A stretch of DNA of 64,000 nt from Candidatus Beckwithbacteria bacterium (GTDB lineage Bacteria; Patescibacteriota; Microgenomatia; UBA1400; CG1-02-47-37). Below the pieces are notes generated by a model that made no database searches, was not told the DNA's origin, and was given only the letters and a program-made list of their open reading frames with translations. Positions 1-8,482 of this stretch are shown piece after piece (the stretch's first letter is position 1; every line of letters begins with the position of its first letter). Location: assembly GCA_043803225.1 (NCBI GenBank), contig JAZDKF010000012.1:54143-118142 (forward strand), in the 5' to 3' direction. Position numbers and translations under genes: made by a program.

Positions 1-1
1 C

Positions 2-199
2 ATCTTTGCCGGCCAAAACCACGTCGCCCTGAAAGTTGTTTCTTCCCCCGAAGAACATGCCTTAATTACTTCCGACCCTAAAGATATTATCAAACCCATC
101 ATCCCGCCCGCTGCAAAAACTCCAGTTATGCCAGCGACGCCACCAGTTGCCGCCGCGTCTCTGGTGTCAACACCATCATCTCCACATCCTCGGGTTTAA
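2..199 (+). CDS. 3' end (partial) of a VirB4/TraC-like ATPase
   Basis: Open frame from the window edge, IFAGQNHVALKVVSSPEEHALITSDP...PHPRV*, stop TAA 197-199. Resembles the C-terminus of CPR VirB4-family ATPases as recalled; not in the ORF track. Confidence 0.55.
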   Translation: MFAGQNHVALKVVSSPEEHALITSDPKDIIKPIIPPAAKTPVMPATPPVAAASLVSTPSSPHPRV

Positions 200-1100
200 C
201 TTTTCTTGTCCCGCCAAATCTATTAGACACCGCTTGCGAATCCAAACAATGAAATTTTTGTACTGCTTCCGGTAAAATACTTAACTTCCAAAATGGCAGT
301 CCGGTTTTTCTCCGAAACAATGGCACCAAATGACTAATTCCTACAATTACCGCCGTCCGCACCTCCCTTAAAGTCGCTTGCTGATCCAATTTTAAACTGT
401 TTAGAAACTCATCATTATCCAACAAACCAAAAAGGCCTATTAAATCTTGTTTCATTCTTTGCACTTTTTCTAAGGGAGATATTTTACTCAACTCTCTCTG
501 TTGCCTATTTAAGTGAATAAATGCCAGATTGTCTTGTGGTTGAATTTCAACCAACTGTTCTCCTTGAGAGTTTTTAATCCTATATGGCTCTTGTCCAGAA
601 AATTTTATTAAATTTATGCTCGCCGTCCCAAGGTTAATATTTCTTTTCCCCATCTTGACCTCCCTCTTATTATATTCTGGCATCCCATTTCTTGAGAATT
701 CCCAAAAGTGAGACGAAGAAAAAAAAGAAACACGACTAAACTTAAGCGAATCCTCCCATCCAAGAATTATGGACGCTGCCAACACAGACGATCCAATCCA
801 ATAGAGTGAAGCCGGATCATTAGAAAGCTCCCTTGTAAAACTATTATCAAATAAAACACTAATGGTTGTTTTTCCAAGGTTATTTGCTTGTTGCTCGGTA
901 GAACTCGATAAACTCGACGAGGCCAAAAATGGACCCACAGAATTCATTGTATTTAATGCAATGCTCACCAACAACAGTCCATAGGGGTGCCCCATATCTT
1001 TAAGAAAACTAAAAAGATTCGGATCAACTAAGGCCCGTTGAACCTCAAGTGCCGACTTAATAAAATTTCCCGATGATTGAATTATTTCTGGATTAGGCAT
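126..1100 (-). CDS. Hypothetical protein, paralog of 1093..2331; possible YkoP-like C-terminal domain
   Basis: 324 aa. Shares GHPYGLLL, GISHLV and FGGTRKVKPxDVEMMV motifs with the neighbouring ORF. Confidence 0.75.
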   Translation of the reverse strand: MPNPEIIQSSGNFIKSALEVQRALVDPNLFSFLKDMGHPYGLLLVSIALNTMNSVGPFLASSSLSSSTEQQANNLGKTTISVLFDNSFTRELSNDPASLYWIGSSVLAASIILGWEDSLKFSRVSFFSSSHFWEFSRNGMPEYNKREVKMGKRNINLGTASINLIKFSGQEPYRIKNSQGEQLVEIQPQDNLAFIHLNRQQRELSKISPLEKVQRMKQDLIGLFGLLDNDEFLNSLKLDQQATLREVRTAVIVGISHLVPLFRRKTGLPFWKLSILPEAVQKFHCLDSQAVSNRFGGTRKVKPEDVEMMVLTPETRRQLVASLA

Positions 1101-2331
1101 AGTTGGAAATTAGTTGTTGCCTCATTGTTGGCGTTATTACCATCATCTCCACATCCCCGGGCTTAACCTTCCTTGTCCCGCCAAAAGCTTTAGAAACAGC
1201 CTGAGAATCATGCTGATGGAATCGTTGCATCAATTCCGGCAATATGTCTAACTTCCAAGTTGGCAAGCTGGTTTTTCGGCCGAATAAACGCACTAAATGG
1301 CTGATACCGATAAAGATTGCTTGCTTTGCTTTCGCCAGCACTTCTTGTTGTTGCAGAGGTACCTCTCCCATTATTGGCTGATCAATAGCAGAAAAAAGGT
1401 CAATAAGGTCGTTAGTCATAATTGAAACTTTTTCCAGTGGCGATAACTGTCTAAGCTGACTAGCTTGGTGGCTTAAATGAATATGGCCAATCGGCTCGCC
1501 CGGATATATCTGTGCCAGCTCTTCTCCGCCAGGAAGTTTAATCGTGAATGGTTCCTGTCCCTGAAAAGTGGCAAATTTAACTGCGGCTGTCCCCAATCCC
1601 ACTCCATTCTTACCAACAACCAACTCTCTAACCCTCTCGGTTATTTCTTTTTCTCCCACTGCTCTTTTCGACAAAACCGGCACCAAAAACACCTGTTGAG
1701 TAAAAAGTTGTTCCAAGTTTGATTTGCGAGCCAAGTCTACATTGCTTTTTGCGCTTGACAAAACAAACGCTTTCGAAGCAACAGTTAAACCTGAACCCTT
1801 ACTAAAGTCTGTCATTATATTATCTACATCTGAACTTCTTTGGAAAGAGTATCCACTCATTCCCGAACTTTTTTCAAACGAATTGTGGAATTCATCTATT
1901 TCTTCATGCCTTACTTCGGGGACAAAACTCAACAAAGAAGGAAAAAAAGAATTTGCTAAAGACGAATTTAATAATGTTATGCTCCAAAAGGGAACCATTG
2001 CATCATCAGATACTCCTCCTGCCAAACTTGACGCAACAATAGATTTAGATGGAGAAAGAAGGGCCATAGAAACGCCCACCAGACCCTTGCTACCATCCTG
2101 TTTATACGCCGCCTTTGTTTCCACCTTTCTCTGGGGAAACTTGCTTTCGAAAAAGCCGTGAGAGAATTTGACCGAAGAAGAGTCGTTTGACTGACTCAAT
2201 AATAATCCATAAGGGTGTCCTGATTCAATAAGTTTTTGCAAGAGCTCGCTTCTCATTCCTGCATCAATCAACTCTTTTGCCTGGTGGACAACTTGTGGGG
2301 CAGACTGGATGATTTCGTGAAACCCAGCCAT
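1093..2331 (-). CDS. Hypothetical protein, paralog of 126..1100; possible YkoP-like C-terminal domain
   Basis: 412 aa. C-terminal KFATFQGQEPF...IGHIHL...FIGISHL. 8-bp overlap with the downstream paralog. Confidence 0.75.
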   Translation of the reverse strand: MAGFHEIIQSAPQVVHQAKELIDAGMRSELLQKLIESGHPYGLLLSQSNDSSSVKFSHGFFESKFPQRKVETKAAYKQDGSKGLVGVSMALLSPSKSIVASSLAGGVSDDAMVPFWSITLLNSSLANSFFPSLLSFVPEVRHEEIDEFHNSFEKSSGMSGYSFQRSSDVDNIMTDFSKGSGLTVASKAFVLSSAKSNVDLARKSNLEQLFTQQVFLVPVLSKRAVGEKEITERVRELVVGKNGVGLGTAAVKFATFQGQEPFTIKLPGGEELAQIYPGEPIGHIHLSHQASQLRQLSPLEKVSIMTNDLIDLFSAIDQPIMGEVPLQQQEVLAKAKQAIFIGISHLVRLFGRKTSLPTWKLDILPELMQRFHQHDSQAVSKAFGGTRKVKPGDVEMMVITPTMRQQLISNYA

Positions 2332-2394
2332 ATTTAAACTTAAAACAATTATAGGCCACAGGTCAAGTCTTTACTATTTATGCCCGCTGCCTAA

Positions 2395-3144
2395 TTATTT
2401 CCCCTGTCCGGCTTTCAACCCTACATAAAAATCCACCAGCGCCTGCGCAAATTGTTGTAGGCCTTCTGGAGAGGTTATAGAAATTGTATTGAACTTTCTA
2501 ATCTCTTTTCTACCACCATGGCGCCCCCACGTTAGTGGATTTATGCTTTTTTCAAAAGCTGGGGCTTTGGCACACTGTTGTTGGGTCAGTTGTAATAAAC
2601 CAGAATCATCAAAAACTACCCCCAACACATCACGCACCATCCTCGGACCCACATTGGCAATTTCCCTTTCTTCATTAAATTTCATGATTGTGGAAAACCC
2701 CCTCCCCGACACCCACCTCTCTACCCTCTCTATCTTTGTGTGACTTTTCCCGGTGGCTTCAAGTTGCACCCTTGCCTTATAGGTCAAAGCGTAGGCAATT
2801 TTACCATTTTTGGGCCCATAAGATCTCACTTGCCTCATTGGGGCAACTTTGTCTCTTAAAACTTCTAAATATTGTTTAATTGGAAACTGTGAAGCTAGTT
2901 GAAAAACTTCTTCATTTTTTTTCTTGTCTTTCCACCATTTAGTTTCTTCCACCGATTCTTTAATTCCCTTTGCAATTCCTTCAACTACCTGCCTCGGGGT
3001 TGCTCGCTTAATTCCTTCCCAAAATTCTGTTCTTTCTTTTTGTCGTCTTGATTTCTCTGCCATTATTTCATCTTGCTTGATTTGACGCCTAAAAGAGTCT
3101 CCTTCTTCCAATTGTTTCCGAAATTCTTCTACGTTTGACATCAA
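2395..3144 (-). CDS. Hypothetical protein with charged, coiled-coil-like N-terminus
   Basis: 249 aa ORF; TATAAT just upstream of the start; no motif recognised. Confidence 0.65.
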   Translation of the reverse strand: MMSNVEEFRKQLEEGDSFRRQIKQDEIMAEKSRRQKERTEFWEGIKRATPRQVVEGIAKGIKESVEETKWWKDKKKNEEVFQLASQFPIKQYLEVLRDKVAPMRQVRSYGPKNGKIAYALTYKARVQLEATGKSHTKIERVERWVSGRGFSTIMKFNEEREIANVGPRMVRDVLGVVFDDSGLLQLTQQQCAKAPAFEKSINPLTWGRHGGRKEIRKFNTISITSPEGLQQFAQALVDFYVGLKAGQGK

Positions 3145-3173
3145 GCCAAATTATACACTATAGGGTCAAAAAC

Positions 3174-4301
3174 CTACTCCTGCACGCGAACCGGCATGAT
3201 AATCTGAATTAAGCTCGCATCGCCCTTGGGTTTAAACACCCCCGGCGACAGCGGCCCGGAAATTTCCATCACTATCTGCTCGCTTTGCACCACATTCAGC
3301 ATTTCCAGCAAATACCGGCTGTTAAAGGCAATCTCTGCTTCCTCGCCGGTTTTCTTGCCGGAAACTTCAACTTCGTTTTCCCCTACTTGCGGCGCATTAG
3401 CCGAAATCACTAAACCTTTCTCGTTAATTTTAAACCTGACAATATTAGCGCTGTCTTTGGCAAACACTGCCGCTGCCCTGACTGCTTGTAATAGTTCTTC
3501 TGTTTCCAGCTCCACTGTGGTCGTGTGGCTTGTCGGAATTATCTTATCAAAATCCGGAAACTCTCCCTCTAAAAGTCTCGTTACCACTTCCACTTCTCCA
3601 TAAGCCATAATTAGTTGCCTCTCTTCGTCCGTGGCCGCCAAAGTAATTTCTTTTCCCTCGGCTTCTGAGGCATTTAAAGCCCTGACTAATTCCATTAACG
3701 CCTTGGCTGGAACCACCATCTCCTTGGCCTTCTTTACCCCTTTTAAACTGACTGTCTTCACCCCCAGCCGGTAACCGTCTGTCGCCGCCAATCTTAAAAT
3801 CTTTTCTTTCATTTCCAGTTTTACTCCGGTAAAAATCGGCCTGGATTCGTCCGTTGCCGCCGCCATCGCTATCTGGTTGATGCTTTCCTCAATCATTTCT
3901 TTGTCCAGTTGAATGGTTTCTTTGGCTGTTTTCCCGTCTCTAAACGAAGGCACTGCCGGAAACTCTTCTGCTCCGATTCCGTTTAATTTTGACTTAAACT
4001 TGCCGCAGCTGATCTTCAAACCCTCTCCCTCTTTTTCCAACACCACTGTTCCCGCCGGCAGCGATGCCACCGCCTCGCTTAAAATTCTCGCTGGTATGGT
4101 AATCTTCCCCTCGCCTTCTACCTTGCCGCCCAACCATAAATTCATGCCTGTTTCTAAGTTTGTCGCTGATAATTTTAACTTGCCGTTGTCTGTAGCCAAA
4201 AGAATATTAGCCAGCACCGGCAACTGGGTCTTATTTGCCACTACCCGGCTGACTAAATTAATTCCTTTGATTAAATTCTCTTGCAGTAAAGAAATTTTCA
4301 T
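3174..4301 (-). CDS. dnaN: DNA polymerase III beta clamp
   Basis: ATDGYRL, EFPDF, IAFNSRYL, IMPVR motifs; downstream of dnaA; SD GGGGGA. Confidence 0.98.
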   Translation of the reverse strand: MKISLLQENLIKGINLVSRVVANKTQLPVLANILLATDNGKLKLSATNLETGMNLWLGGKVEGEGKITIPARILSEAVASLPAGTVVLEKEGEGLKISCGKFKSKLNGIGAEEFPAVPSFRDGKTAKETIQLDKEMIEESINQIAMAAATDESRPIFTGVKLEMKEKILRLAATDGYRLGVKTVSLKGVKKAKEMVVPAKALMELVRALNASEAEGKEITLAATDEERQLIMAYGEVEVVTRLLEGEFPDFDKIIPTSHTTTVELETEELLQAVRAAAVFAKDSANIVRFKINEKGLVISANAPQVGENEVEVSGKKTGEEAEIAFNSRYLLEMLNVVQSEQIVMEISGPLSPGVFKPKGDASLIQIIMPVRVQE

Positions 4302-4489
4302 TTATCCCCCTTTTGTTTGTTAACTAACGGTTTAATTAGTAGTAGTTTTAGTAGGCGTTGTTGATAAGTGCATTATACAAGAATTTTTGTCTGTTTTCTT
4401 CTCTAAATATTCGCGTGCACAACCCCGAGGCGCTCTGTGGACAGACTTGTTGATAACTTGTGGATAATAACTTAACTTGTGGATAACTT
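4302..4489. promoter_or_regulatory. Putative replication origin (oriC) between dnaA and dnaN
   Basis: Perfect DnaA boxes TGTGGATAA at 4459-4467 and 4478-4486; 1-mismatch TGTTGATAA at 4448-4456 and 4359-4367; GCG cluster 4355-4357; (TAG)n DnaA-trios 4337-4354. Confidence 0.88.
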
Positions 4490-5899
4490 CTATTTTTTCC
4501 CACTTTGATCCTCCAGTTGTCCACCGCCTTGGTAAATTATCTGCCTGATTCTGGTCATATCTAGTCTTAATTGTTCTGATTCTGCCAGCAATCTGGAAAT
4601 CTTATCCTCGCCGTGCATAATTGTCGTGTGGTCTCTGCCCCCCAGTACCTCCCCCGCCCCATCCAGGGAAAGCTGGAGCTCTCTTCGCAGTAAATACATT
4701 GCTATTTGTCTGGCGTTAACCAGCGATTTAATCCTCCGCACCCCCTTTAGCTCTTGGGGTTTAAGTTGGAAATAGTCGGCGACGCAATTTAAAATCTGTT
4801 TGGGTGTTGGCTTCTTGCCTCCGCTTCGCACCTCGCCATTAATTTTATTTAAAAGCGCCATCACCAACTCCTCGGTTAATGGTTCTTTTCTGGTCTCCTG
4901 CTCGGCCTTAAGCCGCATTAAAACCCCTTCAAGCTTTCTGGTTGATTCCACATTGGCGGCAATTGCCTGAGCCACCCTCATCGGTAAATCCACTCCCTTT
5001 TGCTGGGCTTTAATCAGCAGAATTGCTGTTCGCAGTTCAAATCCCGGCTTTTGTATATCCACTGTCATTCCGCCTTCAAACCTTGATTTTAATCGGTCTT
5101 CCAAGCCCTTAATTTCTGCTGGCAGTCTGTCTGAGGTTAACACAATTTGGCCGCCTTCTTTGTGGACAGCGTTGAAAGTATGGAAAAACTCTTCCTGAAC
5201 CGCTTCCTTGCCGGCAATAAACTGGACATCATCCAAAAGCAGCGCCCGCGCCCGCCGGTACTTTTGCCTAAACTGGGGTGTGGTTTTATTCCTGATTGCT
5301 TCAATTATTTCATTGGTAAACTCCTCGCCGGTACAGTAAACCAGCGCCCGGTCCGGATTTTTCTTTAAAATTTCATGCCCGACCGCCTGCATTAAATGAG
5401 TTTTTCCCACCCCCACCCCGCCGTAAATGAAAATTAAATGATAAACTTCGCCTGGCTTTTTTGCCGCGGTTTTTGCCGCCGCGTGCGCCACCTCATTGCT
5501 GGTTGAAACCGCAAAGTTGTCAAACGTCATTCCCGGAGTCAAACCCACTCGGCTCATTACCCGCTCATAAGCTTCGTCGGCAATCTTGGCGGTGTCAACC
5601 GAAAATAAATCATCTCTCGCCCCTTCTTTTTTTCTTTCTTCTTTGGCCTCAATCTGCAGCTTGATCTCGCACTTGTTTTTTAAATGCTTTTCCCCTAAAG
5701 TTTGAATTTGGCCTAAATATCTTTCAGCCACCTGGTTTTTATGGAATACTGACGGACAGCTTAAGCCCAAAACATAGCCTTGATTGTTTTTATCTAAACT
5801 AACGCTTTTTATCGGACTGATCCAAGTAGCAAAGTTTCCCGGCGACACTGACAATTCCATTTCTGCTAAAATTGACGACCAAAGAAAATTTCTGTCCAT
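4490..5899 (-). CDS. dnaA: Chromosomal replication initiator
   Basis: Walker A GGVGVGKT, LLLDDVQF, QEEFFHTFN, GGRDHTT. ATG at 5899 preferred; the track's TTG at 5905 is possible. Confidence 0.98.
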   Translation of the reverse strand: MDRNFLWSSILAEMELSVSPGNFATWISPIKSVSLDKNNQGYVLGLSCPSVFHKNQVAERYLGQIQTLGEKHLKNKCEIKLQIEAKEERKKEGARDDLFSVDTAKIADEAYERVMSRVGLTPGMTFDNFAVSTSNEVAHAAAKTAAKKPGEVYHLIFIYGGVGVGKTHLMQAVGHEILKKNPDRALVYCTGEEFTNEIIEAIRNKTTPQFRQKYRRARALLLDDVQFIAGKEAVQEEFFHTFNAVHKEGGQIVLTSDRLPAEIKGLEDRLKSRFEGGMTVDIQKPGFELRTAILLIKAQQKGVDLPMRVAQAIAANVESTRKLEGVLMRLKAEQETRKEPLTEELVMALLNKINGEVRSGGKKPTPKQILNCVADYFQLKPQELKGVRRIKSLVNARQIAMYLLRRELQLSLDGAGEVLGGRDHTTIMHGEDKISRLLAESEQLRLDMTRIRQIIYQGGGQLEDQSGKK

Positions 5900-5917
5900 T
5901 CTCAATTAATATATAAG

Positions 5918-5937
5918 TTATCCACACTTTGTCAACA
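5918..5937 (+). promoter_or_regulatory. DnaA boxes in the dnaA/rpmH divergent promoter
   Basis: TTATCCACA 5918-5926 and degenerate TTGTCAACA 5929-5937. Confidence 0.8.
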
Positions 5938-5963
5938 ATCAAAAATTGTGCTATATTAAATTT

Positions 5964-6101
5964 ATGCCTAAACGCACCTACCAGCCCTCCAAAGTTAAAC
6001 GCCAGCGTTCTCTTGGCTTTCGTTCTCGAAATCAATCGGCCGCTGGCCGCAAAGTATTAAAGCGCCGCCGCCTTAAAGGCCGCAAACGCCTGGCAGTCTA
6101 A
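5964..6101 (+). CDS. rpmH: 50S ribosomal protein L34
   Basis: Hand translation [45 protein letters not shown] (45 aa, below the ORF-track cutoff); canonical position. Confidence 0.97.
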   Translation: MPKRTYQPSKVKRQRSLGFRSRNQSAAGRKVLKRRRLKGRKRLAV

Positions 6102-6104
6102 CTC

Positions 6105-6401
6105 ATGCGCGGTTCTCAAATCCCTGAAATTCTTAAGTTAGGTAAAACCTTTTCTTCACCCCTATTCAACCTTAAATTTCTGTCTCAACCCAAAGGAATT
6201 GAAGTTGGTTTTATCGTTTCTCTTAAAACTGCCCCCCTGGCCGTTGACCGCAACCGGCTCAAGCGCCGCCTCCGCCACGCCTTTGCCCCGTTTGTTTCTC
6301 AGCTTCCTCCCGGCCGATATTTAATTCTGGCTAAGCCGGCTTTAAACTCCGCCAGTTACCAACAGCTCCTCCATGAAATCTCTGATCTTAAAATTAATTA
6401 A
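6105..6401 (+). CDS. rnpA: RNase P protein component
   Basis: AVDRNRLKRRLR (RNR motif); synteny. Confidence 0.93.
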   Translation: MRGSQIPEILKLGKTFSSPLFNLKFLSQPKGIEVGFIVSLKTAPLAVDRNRLKRRLRHAFAPFVSQLPPGRYLILAKPALNSASYQQLLHEISDLKIN

Positions 6402-6576
6402 GCTTTATCAAAGCCAGCCCCAAAGGTTTCCGGCTTGCCGCTTTTCCCCCACCTGTTCTGCCTATTCTTACCAAGCCATCGACAAGTATGGTATATTAAA
6501 AGGTGGCCTCTTGAGTCTCAAGAGGATTTTTAAATGCCATCCCTTCCACCCAGGCGGCGTTAATAATTTAAATTAA
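6373..6576 (+). CDS. yidD: Membrane protein insertion efficiency factor
   Basis: CRFSPTCSAY...RIFKCHPFHPGG. Confidence 0.95.
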   Translation: MKSLILKLIKLYQSQPQRFPACRFSPTCSAYSYQAIDKYGILKGGLLSLKRIFKCHPFHPGGVNNLN

Positions 6577-6577
6577 T

Positions 6578-7366
6578 ATGTGGAACACAATCTTTTTTCA
6601 GCCTCTTTTAAATGGTTTGATCTTTGCCTATAACCTCCTGGGGCACAATTTGGGTTGGGCCATCATTGGCCTGACTGTTTTTATTCGCTTAGCTTTAACT
6701 CCCCTTACCACGCCCTCGCTTAAATCCAGCCAAAAAATGAAAGAACTTCAGCCTGAGTTAAATAAACTTAAAGAACAATATGGTGCCGACAAACAAACCT
6801 TTGCTAAAAAACAGCTTGAACTTTTTAAAAGCCGCGGGGTTAATCCGGCCGCCGGCTGTCTGCCCCAAATAATCCAACTGGTCGTCTTAATTGCCCTTTA
6901 CCAGGCCTTTAACTTAGTCTTAAAAGCTGACGGCAACTTGGTTGCTAACCTTAATCAGCTTCTTTATCCCGCCTTGCAGCTTCCTCCTGATTTTATCCTC
7001 AACACTAAATTTCTCTACTTAAATCTGGCCCAGCCGGATTTATTTATCATTCCCGGCATTAAGCTTGGCGGCTTTACCTTAAATAAACTTCCGGGCATCT
7101 TTTTAATCTTAGCTGCCGCTGTTCAATTCTTTTCCAGCAAAATGATGATGCCTGCGGCTAAAGCTGGCCAAAAACAAGCCGACAAAACCAAAGCCAAGAC
7201 CGATGATTTTGCCTCCAGCATGCAAACCCAGATGCTCTATCTTTTCCCCTTAATGACACTTTTTATCGGCTTTAACTTCCCCTCGGGTTTGGTGTTATAT
7301 TGGTTTACCTTTTCTCTCATTATGCTTATTCAACAATTGCTTTTAAACTATGGTAAAAAAAATTAA
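6578..7366 (+). CDS. yidC: Membrane protein insertase YidC/Oxa1
   Basis: KMKELQPEL, NPAAGCLP, GLVLYW. Confidence 0.95.
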   Translation: MWNTIFFQPLLNGLIFAYNLLGHNLGWAIIGLTVFIRLALTPLTTPSLKSSQKMKELQPELNKLKEQYGADKQTFAKKQLELFKSRGVNPAAGCLPQIIQLVVLIALYQAFNLVLKADGNLVANLNQLLYPALQLPPDFILNTKFLYLNLAQPDLFIIPGIKLGGFTLNKLPGIFLILAAAVQFFSSKMMMPAAKAGQKQADKTKAKTDDFASSMQTQMLYLFPLMTLFIGFNFPSGLVLYWFTFSLIMLIQQLLLNYGKKN

Positions 7367-7811
7367 GTCTTTAACCGAAGATTTTTTTAAGCAAATTGGC
7401 ATCAAACCAGAATCAATCACGGTTAAAGAATCTGAGGAAAAAACTTTTAAAATCGATCTTAAATTTTCTGCTGCTGACGCCGGTATTTTAATTGGCTATC
7501 ACGGCGACACCATCAGTGCTCTTCAGCTGATCTTAAACTTACTGGTTTATCATCAGCAGGGCGAGTGGTTAAAACTGATCGTTAACATTGGCGACTATCG
7601 TCAAAAGCGGGCCGAAGCCTTGGAAAAAATGGCCGAGGATGCCGCCCAAAGAGTTAAGTTCTCCGGCCAGCCGGTTGCCTTATTTAACCTGAATCCCTAC
7701 GAACGCCGCCTGATTCATGAATATCTTTCTACCAATCCCAGCGTGACCACTGAATCTGAAGGCGAAGCCAAAAACCGCCACTTGATTATTAAGCTTGCCC
7801 CGGTTAAATGA
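7350..7811 (+). CDS. jag: Jag/KhpB KH-R3H RNA-binding protein
   Basis: LIGYHGDTISALQ (KH), ERRLIH (R3H), TESEGE. Confidence 0.9.
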   Translation: MVKKIKSLTEDFFKQIGIKPESITVKESEEKTFKIDLKFSAADAGILIGYHGDTISALQLILNLLVYHQQGEWLKLIVNIGDYRQKRAEALEKMAEDAAQRVKFSGQPVALFNLNPYERRLIHEYLSTNPSVTTESEGEAKNRHLIIKLAPVK

Positions 7812-8224
7812 ATGACGCAGTTTTGAATATTTATACCGATGGCGGCTCCCGCGGCAATCCTGGTCCGGCCGCTATTGGCGTGGTCGTTAAAAACAGTTTA
7901 GGTAAAACTCTGGCCGCTTTTGGCAAGACTATTGGTTCAACCACTAACAATCAGGCAGAATATCAGGCCTTAATTGCTGCTCTTAATTGGTTAAAAAATC
8001 ACCCCGCGGTACAACAAGTCAATTTTTTTCTTGACTCTGTCCTGGTGGTTAATCAGCTTAATGGTCTCTGGAAGATTAAAAACGTCAATCTTCGCCGGCA
8101 ACTGATCACCATTAGGGAACTGGAAGCAGCCATTCCTGCTAAACTTTTTTACCAAGCCATTCCCCGAGAGCAAAACTTGCTCGCCGATCTTCAAGTTAAC
8201 TTGGCTTTAGACAAACTTCTTTAA
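7808..8224 (+). CDS. rnhA: Ribonuclease HI family protein
   Basis: YTDGGSRGNPG, TNNQAEY, DSVLVV, PREQN. Confidence 0.9.
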   Translation: MNDAVLNIYTDGGSRGNPGPAAIGVVVKNSLGKTLAAFGKTIGSTTNNQAEYQALIAALNWLKNHPAVQQVNFFLDSVLVVNQLNGLWKIKNVNLRRQLITIRELEAAIPAKLFYQAIPREQNLLADLQVNLALDKLL

Positions 8225-8482
8225 GCTCTTTTTCTTTCACTATCGGACTTAAGCATAATCTAGTTTTACGCCTGTTAATTATTCATGTTAAAAAGTACTA
8301 ACGAAATATAATAAGTTTACTCAAGAAGATTTATTCATCGATTAGTCTGTTAACTCCTTAAATAGAAAATGTTAATACTTATTAAATAATATTCTAGGCC
8401 TTTTTTATTCCAGTAATAATTCCCGCTATTTTCCGCAAGCCCCAGCTTGCCGTTGAGACAAATATCCGCTAACATGAATACA

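Noticed and set aside
1724-2161. 145-aa antisense ORF in the variable region of the paralog
   Set aside because: No motif or translation signals; the opposite strand has paralog-supported coding.
8245-8300. Possible dif site near GCATAATCTAGTTTTACG
   Set aside because: No proper XerD arm at 6-bp spacing.
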